Of a DNA stretch of 64,000 nucleotides, positions 11,566-22,495 are shown piece by piece; the first letter of the stretch is position 1; the number at the start of each line of letters is the position of its first letter. The notes under the pieces were generated by a model. The model saw only the letters and a list, made by a program, of their open reading frames with translations, did no database searches and had not been told where the DNA came from. The stretch spans positions 13,262 through 77,261 of the forward strand of contig CAZDVD010000007.1 of NCBI GenBank assembly GCA_964508765.1. The letters are read 5' to 3'. Both the position numbers and the translations under genes were made by a program. The stretch is from an uncultured Lentisphaeria bacterium. GTDB taxonomy: Bacteria; Fidelibacterota; UBA8477; JABMPR01.

Positions 11566-13281
11566 CTATTTCTCGGCTGAGGCGTCATCATAAAAAGAGT
11601 ACACAGCAGAGTAGTTGATTTTAACAGGATACTCTTTTGTCAGATCATTATAGACCGTCTCGTTACGCCGGGCTCTTAAGTCACTTAAGATTTCCGTTTT
11701 AACGCGTCCCTTGACCTTTTTAAAAGGCTTTGGTCCCTCAGGAATAGTCTCCTCTAGCTTGATGATGGAATAGCCGTTACCGAGCTTTATGGGTCCATTA
11801 ATTTCACCAATTTCCATAGCGAAAGCAGTTTTACCCATAACACCATAGCGACCCTCTTGGAAAGCCGGCAATAATCCACCGTCTTTTTTGGAGGTTTTTC
11901 TTTCGGTGTAGCGAGTGGCTAGCTTGTCAAGAAGCTCACCAGCATCAATACGTTTTTTCAAAGCGACGGCAAAAAGACTGTCTTTAACAAAGATCTCGCG
12001 AACCTTCACCATCTTTTTGTCCATATATTTTTCTGTTTTGTTGTCTTCATAGAAAGCTATCAACTCATCTTCGCCGGGAGTCAGATTTGCGTTCACTTCC
12101 TTTGCTATGAATGCATCAAGAGCATAACGCTCTACCAGAGCATCAATCTTGCTGGCAAAAGCTTCGTCTTGTTCATAATTATTGCTATAGCCATAGCTGA
12201 TGATCAGGTTTTGGGTAATCATTTGATCAAGGATACTCAACATCTGGTTTTCAGAAGTGAAGCGTGGTTTCTGTCCATCGTCCACAGACTTCAATTCTTC
12301 AATCAGCCAGTCACTGCCAAGCTCTTCACCATTAAGTTTAAACAGAGGTGCTTCAAAATTCAGTTTTTTCAGAACCTCATCCATGGCGCCCTGTTTGAAA
12401 CCAGATTTGTCATAAATCATAAAAAAGTTATGGACATTTTCTGTGAGAACTTCAAAGCCAGCAGCACGTTTCTGCTCTTCCAAAAATTGATTTGCTCTCT
12501 GTGCCAACTCAGCACTCTTTTCGCGACTTGCCTGTTGTTTTAGAGAATTCTTTTCAGCTTCAAAGTCACCACGTTCTATCTCACGCTTGGCTTCTAGCTT
12601 GATGATGTGAAACCCAAAATCAGTTTCCACAACATCGGAAACTTCACCAAGCTCGAGGCTAAAAGCAGTTTCCTGGAAAGGACCAACCATCTTGCCCCAG
12701 CCAAACCAGCCGAGGTCGCCACCACTAGATTTACCTGAAGGATCGTCGGTAAACTCTGTTGCCAGATCCTCAAAAGCTTCGCCCTTGGAAAGACGATTGT
12801 TTATTTGACCCACAAGAGCCAGAGCTTCTGCCTTGGTCCTTTCGGAGCGGGAACGGGAGGTGCCCTGAAACTGAAGCAATATGTGACGGGCGTTCAGTTC
12901 GGTTCCTGAGCGGTCGTAGATTTCTCTGATATAGTCGTCGCTGATAACCTTATCAAGAATGGCCTTAGTGTAAACATACTGAAGCATCTGTCTTTTTTCG
13001 GCCTTCATTTTTTTGTCAAGAATGTCTTCTGATTCACCCAGACCGCGTTCAACGGCGACGTGTGAAAAAAGGGCTTTTCTTACATACTCGTCAATCTTGG
13101 AATCGATAAAGTCGTGATCCTTGCCAGCAAACCGTGTGGCTGGATTTTTAGATGTGAATTCTTCCAGAGGAATAGATTTTCCATCGATTGTAGCCAGTGT
13201 GTCATTATCCATGTTTGAACATGCAAAGATGAGCATGAGGAGACCCAGGATAAAAAGGGTCCTTGTAAAGCGAGCATTCAT
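11566..13281 (-). CDS. Large parvulin-type PPIase lipoprotein with two PpiC domains (SurA/PpiD-like)
   Basis: Lipobox IFACS and two parvulin domains (ARHILLQF...FGFHIIKLE, and a second GYSIIKLEE). Confidence 0.6.
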   Translation of the reverse strand: MNARFTRTLFILGLLMLIFACSNMDNDTLATIDGKSIPLEEFTSKNPATRFAGKDHDFIDSKIDEYVRKALFSHVAVERGLGESEDILDKKMKAEKRQMLQYVYTKAILDKVISDDYIREIYDRSGTELNARHILLQFQGTSRSRSERTKAEALALVGQINNRLSKGEAFEDLATEFTDDPSGKSSGGDLGWFGWGKMVGPFQETAFSLELGEVSDVVETDFGFHIIKLEAKREIERGDFEAEKNSLKQQASREKSAELAQRANQFLEEQKRAAGFEVLTENVHNFFMIYDKSGFKQGAMDEVLKKLNFEAPLFKLNGEELGSDWLIEELKSVDDGQKPRFTSENQMLSILDQMITQNLIISYGYSNNYEQDEAFASKIDALVERYALDAFIAKEVNANLTPGEDELIAFYEDNKTEKYMDKKMVKVREIFVKDSLFAVALKKRIDAGELLDKLATRYTERKTSKKDGGLLPAFQEGRYGVMGKTAFAMEIGEINGPIKLGNGYSIIKLEETIPEGPKPFKKVKGRVKTEILSDLRARRNETVYNDLTKEYPVKINYSAVYSFYDDASAEK

Positions 13282-13323
13282 TTCATTAACCTTTTAATTA
13301 TATTAAAGTTATCATTTATCATT

Positions 13324-16300
13324 CTAGTCGGAAAATTTAGACGAGCGTTGAAGGCTTTCCAAGAATATTCTAAGGGAAACCAAAAGGGATTCATCACCGG
13401 TGTTGGTCATGATAAAAGTCAGCGATTTATTGTTCATTATCTCCACCTTTTTGCTGGTCTCTCCCAGCGCTCTGGACAGAGCTTTAATGATCTCGCCCCC
13501 TTCATGTTCCACATGTTCAGGTAAAAAATCGTTTTGTGCCCGTTGCCCTTTTATAACGACAGATCGAACCCCCAGGACTTGTCCAATATTTTTTATGAGG
13601 GCAGCCTCGATGAGGTTCATGGTTTCTGGTGGGAGGAAACCAAATCGATCTCGCAGCTCTGCACGAATTCCGTGAATATCCCGGGTGGTTTCCGCTTCTG
13701 CAATTCTACGGTAGGCCGCGATACGCTCTGCCGTGTTTTCTATATAATCTGCCGGGATTTGCATCTCAACATCGATGGTCATATCGGGTGGAGGAAAGAC
13801 GACTGCCTGGTCACCCTTGATTTCTTTCAAGGTTTCCAGTGTATCTTTCAAAATACGGGTATATAGGTGATATCCAATGTTGCTGATGTGACCGCTTTGT
13901 TCGGTTCCAAAGACATTACCAGAACCCCGAATTTCCAGATCACGCATGGCAATCTCATATCCACCGCCATAATGGGCGTGTCTTTCAAGGGCATTGAGTC
14001 GCCTGATGGCATTGACGCTGAGCTTCCTGAATCCAGGAGCTACAAAGAAAGCCCAGGCCTTGCGGTGAGACCGACCCACGCGTCCTCTCAGCTGATATAG
14101 CTGTGATAAACCCATGGCATCTGCGCGATTTACTATCATTGTGTTCGCATTTGGTATGTCCAGCCCAGATTCCACAATGGTGGTGGAGAGCAGGACATCA
14201 AATTCTTTATGAAAAAAACCTAACATGATCCGCTCAAGCTCACGGGGGTTCATCTGACCATGCCCCAGCCCAAACTTTACCTCGGGCAGCAGTTTTTGCA
14301 GGCGGCTCAGCATAATACCGATAGACTCAACCCTGTTGTGCACGAAAAAGACCTGTCCACCGCGATCAACTTCCCGCAGAATGGCTTCACGAATACGGCT
14401 TTCGTCAAAATCCATGATCACCGTATCTATGGGTTGACGCTCTTTTGGTGGAGTTTTTAACATAGAGAGATCTCTAGCCCCCATAAGAGACATTTGTAGG
14501 GTGCGGGGAATGGGTGTGGCTGTCATAGCCAGAGAATCCACCGACATTTTAATTTCTTTAACTCGCTCTTTGTGCTTTACGCCAAAGCGATGCTCCTCAT
14601 CAACGATAAGCAACCCAAGCTTATTAAAAACAACATCTTTGGATAAAATTCTGTGGGTTCCAATAACCACATCAAGAACACCTTTTTTTAGATCGGCGAG
14701 GGTTTGTTTTATCTGTTTTTGGGTCCTGAAGCGGGACAAGACACCCACATTTACCGGGTAATCTGAAAACCGCTCAAGAAAGGTTTCGTAGTGTTGTTGA
14801 GCCAGAATGGTTGTCGGTACCAGAATGCCCACCTGTCTGGAGTCGTTAACGGCCTTAAAAACGGCCCGCATGGCCACTTCTGTCTTACCAAAGCCAACAT
14901 CACCACATAGCAGGCGGTCCATTGGAAAGGCAGATTCCATATCCTTCTTGATATCTTCAACAGCTTTTAGCTGATCGCTGGTCTCGTCATACATGAACGA
15001 GGCTTCCATGCGTTTCTGAAAGTCGTTATCCGGACCATAACGAAAACCCTCTACAATAAAACGGTTGGCATAGAGCTCAATAAGCTCCTTGGCATAATTA
15101 TCAACTGCCTTACGGGTCTTTATTCTGACCTGGTCCCATTCTGTGGTACGCAGACGAGTAAGCTTGGGAGGTGTTTCCAGTTGCGATTCATAGCGGTGCA
15201 CCCGGTGCATTTTTTCGACTGGTACATAAATTCTGTCGCCAGCCTCATACTCAAGAGCCAAAACCTCTCGAATTGTTTTCTGAAAGGGCATGAGTTCAAT
15301 ACCCAAATATTTTCCTACACCATAATCCAGGTGAACCACATAGTCACCTTCTTCAAACGCTTCAATACGGGTGGCAGGCTTTACAGGGAAGGACCGGGGA
15401 ACCACACTGCGCTTGCGGGTTCTTCCAAATATTTGGTGATCTGTGAGAACTGCCAGCTTGTTTTTATGATCAATAAAACCCGTGGACAATGACAGACGCA
15501 CGCTTTCAAAATGAAGAGTCTCAAACAAGACCTGTAGTCGATCGAGCTGGATATTGCTGTCAGCACAAATGAACACACGGTAGTTCTCTTCATTGAGATG
15601 ACTCAGGCGCGCACGAAAGGCATCAAGGTTGCGCTGGAAATCAGGCTGAACTTCTATATCAAAGATGTGGTTGGATAATGGCTTGGACTGATACAGCCAG
15701 GACACTTTGCCAGAACGCTCCTTACCCAAAAGATCAGCGATAGCTGTTGAGTCAGAGTCTTCAATGATAGACCGGTATTGAAGAAATGATACATCCATTG
15801 GTACCGAATTAATGAGGGGGTCAACAACCGTGTCTAGAAAAGGATTCTCCGGAAAAATAGTGATTTTTTCGTGTTCAGTGCCTGATCTCTGAGTAGCCGG
15901 GTCGAACTCGCGAATAGATTCCAGGGTGTTTCCAAAGAAATCCAGTCGTAGCGGTTTGTTTTGGTCCCCGGGAAAAACATCAAAAATACCACCCCTTGAG
16001 GCATAATAGCCAGGCTCTACCACAAAGGCATCACGGGTAAAGCCATATTCAAACAATTCTTTTTCAAGATCAGTTACTGAATAGTCCTGACCCTTCTGAA
16101 GAACGATACTTTTGAGTGCATCTTCTGATATGCTCCCAGCCAGTTCGGCAGCCTGAGTTACAAAAATACCAGGATTTCCCCCAAGCAGTCCTCGTAATGC
16201 ACGACCCGATTGGCCTGTGTCGATACCGTCTACGCGATCACTCCCCACAAAATGCACATCCATGCCAAGATTGAGGGCCACAATATCATTGAGAACCCTT

Positions 16301-16491
16301 TCGGCAGAAGGCTTGTCTGGCATGACCATGACAGTGGCCCCGGGCTTTAGGTTTGCCTGAACAAGAAAGGCTAAAAGGGGTGGCTCAACCCCCGAAATAG
16401 ATGAGTCAGGGAGAACGTAAGTCCTGTTTATATGGGAGGGAAGATCAGCGTGTTTCACGTGAAACAAATTTTTTGATAAGAATGATGAGCA
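13324..16491 (-). CDS. mfd: Transcription-repair coupling factor Mfd
   Basis: UvrB-like N-terminus, RecG-like helicase motifs ([19 protein letters not shown]) and a TRCF domain. The ORF-track start at 16707 overlaps mnmG by 260 nt. A plausible ATG at 16491 (MYLCSS...) overlaps only the mnmG 3' end. The exact start is uncertain. Confidence 0.85.
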   Translation of the reverse strand, partial: CSSFLSKNLFHVKHADLPSHINRTYVLPDSSISGVEPPLLAFLVQANLKPGATVMVMPDKPSAERVLNDIVALNLGMDVHFVGSDRVDGIDTGQSGRALRGLLGGNPGIFVTQAAELAGSISEDALKSIVLQKGQDYSVTDLEKELFEYGFTRDAFVVEPGYYASRGGIFDVFPGDQNKPLRLDFFGNTLESIREFDPATQRSGTEHEKITIFPENPFLDTVVDPLINSVPMDVSFLQYRSIIEDSDSTAIADLLGKERSGKVSWLYQSKPLSNHIFDIEVQPDFQRNLDAFRARLSHLNEENYRVFICADSNIQLDRLQVLFETLHFESVRLSLSTGFIDHKNKLAVLTDHQIFGRTRKRSVVPRSFPVKPATRIEAFEEGDYVVHLDYGVGKYLGIELMPFQKTIREVLALEYEAGDRIYVPVEKMHRVHRYESQLETPPKLTRLRTTEWDQVRIKTRKAVDNYAKELIELYANRFIVEGFRYGPDNDFQKRMEASFMYDETSDQLKAVEDIKKDMESAFPMDRLLCGDVGFGKTEVAMRAVFKAVNDSRQVGILVPTTILAQQHYETFLERFSDYPVNVGVLSRFRTQKQIKQTLADLKKGVLDVVIGTHRILSKDVVFNKLGLLIVDEEHRFGVKHKERVKEIKMSVDSLAMTATPIPRTLQMSLMGARDLSMLKTPPKERQPIDTVIMDFDESRIREAILREVDRGGQVFFVHNRVESIGIMLSRLQKLLPEVKFGLGHGQMNPRELERIMLGFFHKEFDVLLSTTIVESGLDIPNANTMIVNRADAMGLSQLYQLRGRVGRSHRKAWAFFVAPGFRKLSVNAIRRLNALERHAHYGGGYEIAMRDLEIRGSGNVFGTEQSGHISNIGYHLYTRILKDTLETLKEIKGDQAVVFPPPDMTIDVEMQIPADYIENTAERIAAYRRIAEAETTRDIHGIRAELRDRFGFLPPETMNLIEAALIKNIGQVLGVRSVVIKGQRAQNDFLPEHVEHEGGEIIKALSRALGETSKKVEIMNNKSLTFIMTNTGDESLLVSLRIFLESLQRSSKFSD

Positions 16492-18328
16492 AAGATACAT
16501 CGGCAGGGGAGACGCCACTGATTCTTGAGGCCTGGCCAATGGTTTCTGGCCGGATCTTGTCCAGCTTCTGGCGGGCTTCAAAGGAAACGGCCTGCATGGA
16601 AAGATAGTCAATCGAATCCGGTATAGGCATTTGTTGGTGTTTTGACAGCCGCTCAACCTGTTGGCGTTCCCGCTCAATATACCCACTATATTTTGTGTTG
16701 GTTGCAATGAGGGTGAGCAGAGCGGAAGGCAGGGCCTTTACCCAGTCTGGAAGCAGGGTTCGAATATCTTCAACCGAAACACCAGGACGTTTTAAAATGT
16801 TGGAGAGTGACTGACTTTCTTTCACCGTGGTTTGTGTTTCCACAAGGTCGTTGATTATGTCTGACTTGATATAAGTTGTTTCAAAAAAGGCTTCCGTCTT
16901 TTGAGCAAGGGCCTTTTGATTTTCAACATCTTTATGGAAGGATTCTTTTGTAAGCCCTAGGTGATATCCTTTTTCAGCGAGACGGAAATGGGCATTATCA
17001 TAACGCAGAAGTAATCGATGTTCAGCTCTTGAGGTGAACATCCGGTAAGGCTCATCAGTATCCTTGGTAATAAGGTCGTCAATCAAGACGCCGATATAGG
17101 CTTCGGATCTTTTAAGTACAAAAGGCTCGGCCTTATCAATACCCAGACAAGCATTGATACCTGCCATTAATCCCTGGGCAGCCGCTTCCTCATAACCTGA
17201 GGTGCCGTTAATCTGACCAGCAAAGAACAACCCTTTAACACGTTTGGTTTCCATGGTGGCTTTGAGTTGTGAGGGTGGAAAAAAGTCATACTCAATAGCA
17301 TAGCCAGGCTTAATAAACTCTACGTTTTCCAGGCCTGGTACAGTACGCAGACTGTTTAATTGGATTTCTTCAGGAAGTGACGAGGAGAAGCCGTTAACAT
17401 AAATCTGGTCAGCATTGCTCCATTCCGGCTCAAGAAAGAGTTGGTGAGAGGGTTTGTCTGAAAAACGCACCACCTTGTCTTCAATGGAGGGACAATAACG
17501 TGGTCCAACCCCTTGAATAACACCCGTAAAAAGTGGCGAGAACTTAATACCGCCATTAATGATGCGATGGGTCTCAGCGTTTGTGTTGGTGATATAGCAA
17601 TATTCGTTAGGCGGATCAAAGTCTTGGGTGAAAAAAGAAAAAGGCTCGGGATTGATATCTCCAGCCTGAATGGTTGTTTTGGAAAAATCAATACTGTCGC
17701 GCTTGACGCGTGGTGGCGTGCCAGTTTTGAGTCGACCCGTCTCAAAACCAAGCTCTACCAGAGATTCGGTGATACCCACGCTGGCAGACTCGCCAATACG
17801 ACCAGCTGAAAAACTTTTACTACCGATATGTATAAGCCCATTCAGGAAAGTGCCATTGGTTAAAATGAGGGCCTGGCAATTAAACGTGGAACCGCCTCGG
17901 GTTTTGACGCTAGTGATCTCTTTACCAGACTTATTGGCAACGATTGCCGTTGCCTCATCCTCAAAAATATCCAGACCTGGTTGGTTTGTGCAGACAGCTA
18001 CCATGTAAGAACTGTAGGCATTTTTATCGATTTGGGCTCGCGGCGACCAAACGGCCCGACCCTTGGATCTGTTGAGCATTTTAAACTGAATGCCAGTGTG
18101 GTCTGTGGCTTTAGCCATTTCACCGCCCAGGGCATCGATTTCACGAACGAGGTGACCTTTGGCAAGACCGCCTATTGCGGGATTACACGAGGCTCGAGCC
18201 AAGGCTGCTGTTTTCATAGTAATAAGAAGAGTGGCTTTTCCCAGCCGGCTGGCTGCGAGAGCGGCCTCTATACCGGCATGGCCACCACCGACGACGATGA
18301 TATCATATGATTCACGTGAAACAATCAA
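16445..18328 (-). CDS. mnmG: tRNA uridine 5-carboxymethylaminomethyl modification enzyme MnmG (GidA)
   Basis: FAD-binding N-terminus ([16 protein letters not shown]) and full-length GidA architecture. Confidence 0.9.
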   Translation of the reverse strand: MIVSRESYDIIVVGGGHAGIEAALAASRLGKATLLITMKTAALARASCNPAIGGLAKGHLVREIDALGGEMAKATDHTGIQFKMLNRSKGRAVWSPRAQIDKNAYSSYMVAVCTNQPGLDIFEDEATAIVANKSGKEITSVKTRGGSTFNCQALILTNGTFLNGLIHIGSKSFSAGRIGESASVGITESLVELGFETGRLKTGTPPRVKRDSIDFSKTTIQAGDINPEPFSFFTQDFDPPNEYCYITNTNAETHRIINGGIKFSPLFTGVIQGVGPRYCPSIEDKVVRFSDKPSHQLFLEPEWSNADQIYVNGFSSSLPEEIQLNSLRTVPGLENVEFIKPGYAIEYDFFPPSQLKATMETKRVKGLFFAGQINGTSGYEEAAAQGLMAGINACLGIDKAEPFVLKRSEAYIGVLIDDLITKDTDEPYRMFTSRAEHRLLLRYDNAHFRLAEKGYHLGLTKESFHKDVENQKALAQKTEAFFETTYIKSDIINDLVETQTTVKESQSLSNILKRPGVSVEDIRTLLPDWVKALPSALLTLIATNTKYSGYIERERQQVERLSKHQQMPIPDSIDYLSMQAVSFEARQKLDKIRPETIGQASRISGVSPADVSLLIILIKKFVSRETR

Positions 18329-18330
18329 AA

Positions 18331-19671
18331 CTATTTACCCACGCAAAAACCACTAAAAATTTGATTGAGTATATCGTCAGGCGTGGTTTGGCCTGTTATC
18401 TCACCTAGAATATCAAGGGCCAGCCGCAAGTCGGAAGCGACATACTCTGGTCCAAGCTCGTTTTGTATTGAAGCGATGCTGATTGAAATCTGATCTTTAA
18501 ATCGAATAAAAACATCTCTGTGGCGCTCACTATTCAACACCACGCCACCTACACCATCATTAACCATGTTGATAACTTGTTTATAAATAAGCTCTTTGAG
18601 TGTTTCCAGGCCCTTCCCTGTGGTGCAGGACAGGCTGACATCCATATTATTTGGAGCCTCAGAAACAAGATCAACCTTATTATAAACAGTTATTTGAGGA
18701 GTGTGAATGAGATCGTCTGGAAGCGATGTTTCTGTATCGGGGGCATAAACAAGAATAACCAGGTCGGCGCTGTCGATTTCACCGAGACTGCGATCAACTC
18801 CAGATAGCTCTGCCTCGCTTTTGGTTTCGCGTAAGCCGGCCGTATCAACCAAAACCACTGAATGGCCTGCAATAACGATGGTTTTCTCTATAGTGTCTCG
18901 GGTAGTACCCGCTTGAGCGGTAACAATGGCTCTGTCTTCACCCAAAAGGAGGTTGAACAGAGATGATTTGCCACTATTGGGGGCGCCAACCAAAGGGACT
19001 CGAATACCCTCTTCCAGCCTGCGTCCATAGAAAAAGGTATCTAGAAGGGCTTCTGTCGTCGCTTGAATTTTTGAAAGAGGCTCTAAGAGGGTCTGGGGTG
19101 GGGAGAAGTCAATCTCCTGGTCCGAAAAATCCAGCTCCGCCTCAAGGATGGTAAGGCTGTGTATCAATTTGTCTGAGATAGATTCCACGAGAAGCCTGAG
19201 GTTTCCCAGAAGCTGGTTCCTCGCATTTTTATGGGCCGCAGCATCCTTTGCGTGAATGAGGTCAGCCACAGCTTCTGCCCGAGAAAGATCAATTCGACCG
19301 CTTAAAAAGGAGCGAAAGGTGAACTCTCCTGCACTTGCTGATCGCAATCCGGGTGCACGAAGAAGCACCTCAAGAAGTTTCTGTTGCAAGTATGCACCAC
19401 CATGAATGGAAACCTCTACCAGATCTTCACCGGTAACAGAGTGCGGTCCCTTGAAATATGTCACCACACAATCATCAAATTCACCCTCGCTGAGGGAGGG
19501 ATGGTTCAATTTTCCAAAGGTGGCATATCGGGGTTTTAATATTTGTGTGCTAGTGAAATACTGATTGATGGTTGCCAGGGCGAGAGGGCCAGAAATTCGA
19601 ACAACCGCCAGGCCACCTATGCCAGGTGGCGTGGAGATTGCGACAATGGTATCCTCAACAAAAGGGAGCAC
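18331..19671 (-). CDS. mnmE: tRNA modification GTPase MnmE (TrmE)
   Basis: G-domain motifs ([14 protein letters not shown]) and a C-terminal CxGK (FCVGK). Confidence 0.9.
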   Translation of the reverse strand: MLPFVEDTIVAISTPPGIGGLAVVRISGPLALATINQYFTSTQILKPRYATFGKLNHPSLSEGEFDDCVVTYFKGPHSVTGEDLVEVSIHGGAYLQQKLLEVLLRAPGLRSASAGEFTFRSFLSGRIDLSRAEAVADLIHAKDAAAHKNARNQLLGNLRLLVESISDKLIHSLTILEAELDFSDQEIDFSPPQTLLEPLSKIQATTEALLDTFFYGRRLEEGIRVPLVGAPNSGKSSLFNLLLGEDRAIVTAQAGTTRDTIEKTIVIAGHSVVLVDTAGLRETKSEAELSGVDRSLGEIDSADLVILVYAPDTETSLPDDLIHTPQITVYNKVDLVSEAPNNMDVSLSCTTGKGLETLKELIYKQVINMVNDGVGGVVLNSERHRDVFIRFKDQISISIASIQNELGPEYVASDLRLALDILGEITGQTTPDDILNQIFSGFCVGK

Positions 19672-19686
19672 AAAAAGTCCTTCCCC

Positions 19687-21456
19687 TTACTTCTTACGCT
19701 TCTTTTTGGGACGCGCTACAGGAGCTGGAGCTGTGACACTGGCAGGTAATTTCTGCACGGGAGTAAAGAACTTCTGTTGAACGATAGACATAACGTTAAA
19801 CAGAGTATAATACAGATTCAATCCTGATGGGAATGTGTAGAACATAAAGAAGAAGACTGCCGTCATAATGTAAGGCATGTTCTTCATCTGTGGATTTGCA
19901 TTGGCAGTTGGCGTCATCAATTTCTGCTGCAACATCATTGTGGCTGACATGATGATAGGTAACAGATTAATATCTATTCCAGCAATATTGCCAACAGTGT
20001 CAGGTAAAGAGAGATCGGAGATCCAAAACTCCAACCCCTTAAAAGCAGCGCCCCTCAGCTCAATGGTCGTTCTGAATAAATTAAACATGGCAATCAGAAT
20101 GGGCATCTGTATAACGAGGGGCAAACAACCACCAAGGGGATTGACACCAAGCTCCTTATATAACTTCATGGTTTCTTCATTCAGGCGCTTAGGATCATCT
20201 TTGTACTTTTCCTTAAGAGCAGTGATTTGAGGTTGAGCCTGCTGCATGCTTTGAGTGGAAGAAAACTGTTTTTTGGTAAGAGGAGCCAATAAAAGCTTAA
20301 CCAGAATAGAAAAGATAATGAGAACGATACCATAATTGGGAATGATGCTATAGAGGGACTTAAAAACCCACAAGGCACCCTTGCCTATAATGCCAAACCA
20401 GCCCCAATTCATCATTTCTTCAAAATTCAGATGGTAGCCCTTTAGAATGTCATAATCCAGAGGACCAACATAAATACGATAGTTTGATTGACTGATGTCA
20501 CTCCGACGATCAAAGGCGTCACGGACATCAAAATCAAATATTTTCTCTGAATTATCATCACCGCCAGGCGTTTGATACCGTAACATTTTGAATTCAGAGA
20601 CAGGTTTTTCAGGAATAAGAATGGCTGTGAAATACTTGGAGCGAGCGCCAACCCAGGTGGTGAGAGCTGTTTGTACTTCAGTCTCGCGATCTTCATCTGC
20701 AGAATAATCAGAAGGACTGCTATCATCACCAAGCAAGGCATACATTTCAGAATAGTATAGATCATCCTTGCGATTCTTTTCTGTTGGGGCAACGCCACCA
20801 GACCAGCTTGTGGCAAAATAACGGCCAGCATTGACCTGATCAAAATTGATTAGTTCCTGAGAAAGATCAAAGTGAAAACTGTCGGGATAAAAAGTGAAGG
20901 TTTTTACAACTCGGGCACCACCGCTAAGGGGTAACTCAAAGGAAAAGGATGCGGGTTTCCCGAAAACAGGAAAATCAAAATCATAACCTTCGCCCAGAGA
21001 ACAAACCGACAACAGGTCCTGAGTGTCAAAATCTTCGACATCATAACCAATAAACTGATTGGCCAAAACCCCTTCTGCCACATCAGAGATGAGCTGGACT
21101 CGTGAGCCGTCTTTTTTCAAATATCCGTTGAGGTAAACCTTTTCGAGGGTACCGCCACCGCGATTTGAAAAATGCATCTCATAGAGTGGCGTGCTAACAA
21201 CAATACGGGTTTCGGTTAGACTTCCCGTTTCCGGTGTATCCACCAGAACTGGATCTGGTGTAGGGGTCAACGGCTTGCTGACAGCCAAGATCTGTTCAGT
21301 CGTATCCGATTCTGTTGAAAACGATGATTCAATGTGAGGTTTCTGGGGCGCTGTACTACCAGGAGAAACCTGTTCTTGATACCAATCAGAGAAAAAAACC
21401 ATGAGGATAAGACCCATAAGAGCAATGGCAACGAGCGTTCTGTTTTGTTCGGACAT
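19687..21456 (-). CDS. yidC: Membrane protein insertase YidC
   Basis: N-terminal TM, a large periplasmic domain and a C-terminal five-TM core (PLVIQMPILIAMF...). Confidence 0.85.
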   Translation of the reverse strand: MSEQNRTLVAIALMGLILMVFFSDWYQEQVSPGSTAPQKPHIESSFSTESDTTEQILAVSKPLTPTPDPVLVDTPETGSLTETRIVVSTPLYEMHFSNRGGGTLEKVYLNGYLKKDGSRVQLISDVAEGVLANQFIGYDVEDFDTQDLLSVCSLGEGYDFDFPVFGKPASFSFELPLSGGARVVKTFTFYPDSFHFDLSQELINFDQVNAGRYFATSWSGGVAPTEKNRKDDLYYSEMYALLGDDSSPSDYSADEDRETEVQTALTTWVGARSKYFTAILIPEKPVSEFKMLRYQTPGGDDNSEKIFDFDVRDAFDRRSDISQSNYRIYVGPLDYDILKGYHLNFEEMMNWGWFGIIGKGALWVFKSLYSIIPNYGIVLIIFSILVKLLLAPLTKKQFSSTQSMQQAQPQITALKEKYKDDPKRLNEETMKLYKELGVNPLGGCLPLVIQMPILIAMFNLFRTTIELRGAAFKGLEFWISDLSLPDTVGNIAGIDINLLPIIMSATMMLQQKLMTPTANANPQMKNMPYIMTAVFFFMFYTFPSGLNLYYTLFNVMSIVQQKFFTPVQKLPASVTAPAPVARPKKKRKK

Positions 21457-21471
21457 ATTAATTAAGAATCC

Positions 21472-21699
21472 TTATTCTTTAATAACTGGATCGAAACCGC
21501 CTTTTGTGTAAGGGTTGCAACGGAGGATCCTCCAGGTGGATTTAGGTAGAGCTTTCCACAGGGGTAATTTTTCAAAAGCTTCAACGGCATAGTGTGAACA
21601 AGTCGGATAAAACCGGCAACTGTTAGGAAAGAGTGGGCTGATAGCCATCTGATAAAATTTTATCAGCAGGACAAAAGGTATATTTATCCACTTATTCAT
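21472..21699 (-). CDS. yidD: Membrane protein insertion efficiency factor YidD
   Basis: [22 protein letters not shown] motif. Confidence 0.8.
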   Translation of the reverse strand: MNKWINIPFVLLIKFYQMAISPLFPNSCRFYPTCSHYAVEAFEKLPLWKALPKSTWRILRCNPYTKGGFDPVIKE

Positions 21700-22054
21700 T
21701 ACGAGCCAAAAGTTGGTTAATGGTGGTGAGCGTATGGGCTGTCGAGCGGGAAGCGCGATGAAAAAGAAACAGGTATCCCTGTCCCTGAGAAAAATTCAGG
21801 AAGGAATTCAAAATGAGCCCCCTGAAGAGGCGTCTCGTTTTGTTTCTTTCGACTGCATTCCCCGCCTTGCGACGAATTAAAAAACCCACTTCCAAAATGT
21901 CTGTGGGTTTTGTGTACAAAGTGATTCCCCGTATGGTGTATCGACGGCCACGCTTGAGGTAGTCATCAATACTTGACCGGCTAATTTGTTTAACCGGAAA
22001 CGGTGAGGCGTTTTCTTCCCTTGGCGCGGCGGCGGGCCAGAACTTTACGACCAT
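21692..22054 (-). CDS. rnpA: Ribonuclease P protein component RnpA
   Basis: Basic about 115-aa protein (KTRRLFRGL...) between rpmH and yidD. The 5' end of the ORF overlaps rpmH, so the true start is probably internal, near 21990. Confidence 0.7.
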   Translation of the reverse strand: MVVKFWPAAAPREENASPFPVKQISRSSIDDYLKRGRRYTIRGITLYTKPTDILEVGFLIRRKAGNAVERNKTRRLFRGLILNSFLNFSQGQGYLFLFHRASRSTAHTLTTINQLLARNE

Positions 22055-22130
22055 TTTTCGTTTTCATGCGTGCGCGGAAACCGTGCTTGTTGCGACGTTT
22101 GCGCCGGCTGGGTTGATAGGTTCTTTTCAT
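21990..22130 (-). CDS. rpmH: 50S ribosomal protein L34
   Basis: Manual translation of the minus strand gives [46 protein letters not shown]. This ORF is missing from the supplied ORF track because it is under 60 aa. Confidence 0.9.
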   Translation of the reverse strand: MKRTYQPSRRKRRNKHGFRARMKTKNGRKVLARRRAKGRKRLTVSG

Positions 22131-22495
22131 TGTAAATCTTTACTCCAATAAATAACATGTTTTTTAAAAGCCGACCAATATAACAAAGAGACCAGTAAAA
22201 TCAATTTTTCAAAACAGTTAAGGCAACTTCTTTTAAAGTGGATATTGTGAAGCAAAAACGTCTCAATTCGAGTAGAAATATTCATCTAAAGACTCACAAA
22301 AAACCAATACCTGACACAACCAAAAGGCCCAAAGACGAGAATAAACCACCAGCCCACAAAAATTCGAGAGCAGGTGCATATCTGTGGCAAATAAATATTT
22401 GTACTGGAAATTCACCGCTTATTTTAATGGCGGTTTTAGAATAAACCCTGGTCGAATTAATGTTGATAACTTGTGAATATATCTTTGGGTGAGCT
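22131..22495. other. Candidate chromosomal replication origin (oriC) between divergent rpmH and dnaA
   Basis: A 365-bp AT-rich spacer lies between the conserved rpmH operon and dnaA, and genes diverge from it in both directions. Only degenerate DnaA-box-like 9-mers are present (AGTGGATAT, TGTGGCAAA, TGTGAATAT). Confidence 0.4.

Noticed and set aside
13400-14761. Several 60-110-aa plus-strand ORFs (13400-13675, 13534-13866, 13629-13820, 13867-14100, 14260-14460, 14501-14761) inside mfd
   Set aside because: They are antisense shadow ORFs within a well-supported 1100-aa mfd reading frame, and their translations are low-complexity.
17356-18356. Antisense and overlapping ORFs (17356-17751, 17513-17809, 17670-18008, 17981-18310, 18159-18356) within mnmG
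   Set aside because: mnmG is full-length and conserved on the minus strand. These are overlapping frames without motifs.
22238-22444. 68-aa ORF inside the putative oriC spacer
   Set aside because: Lys/Pro-rich translation of AT-rich DNA, no RBS context, and located in a region expected to be non-coding.
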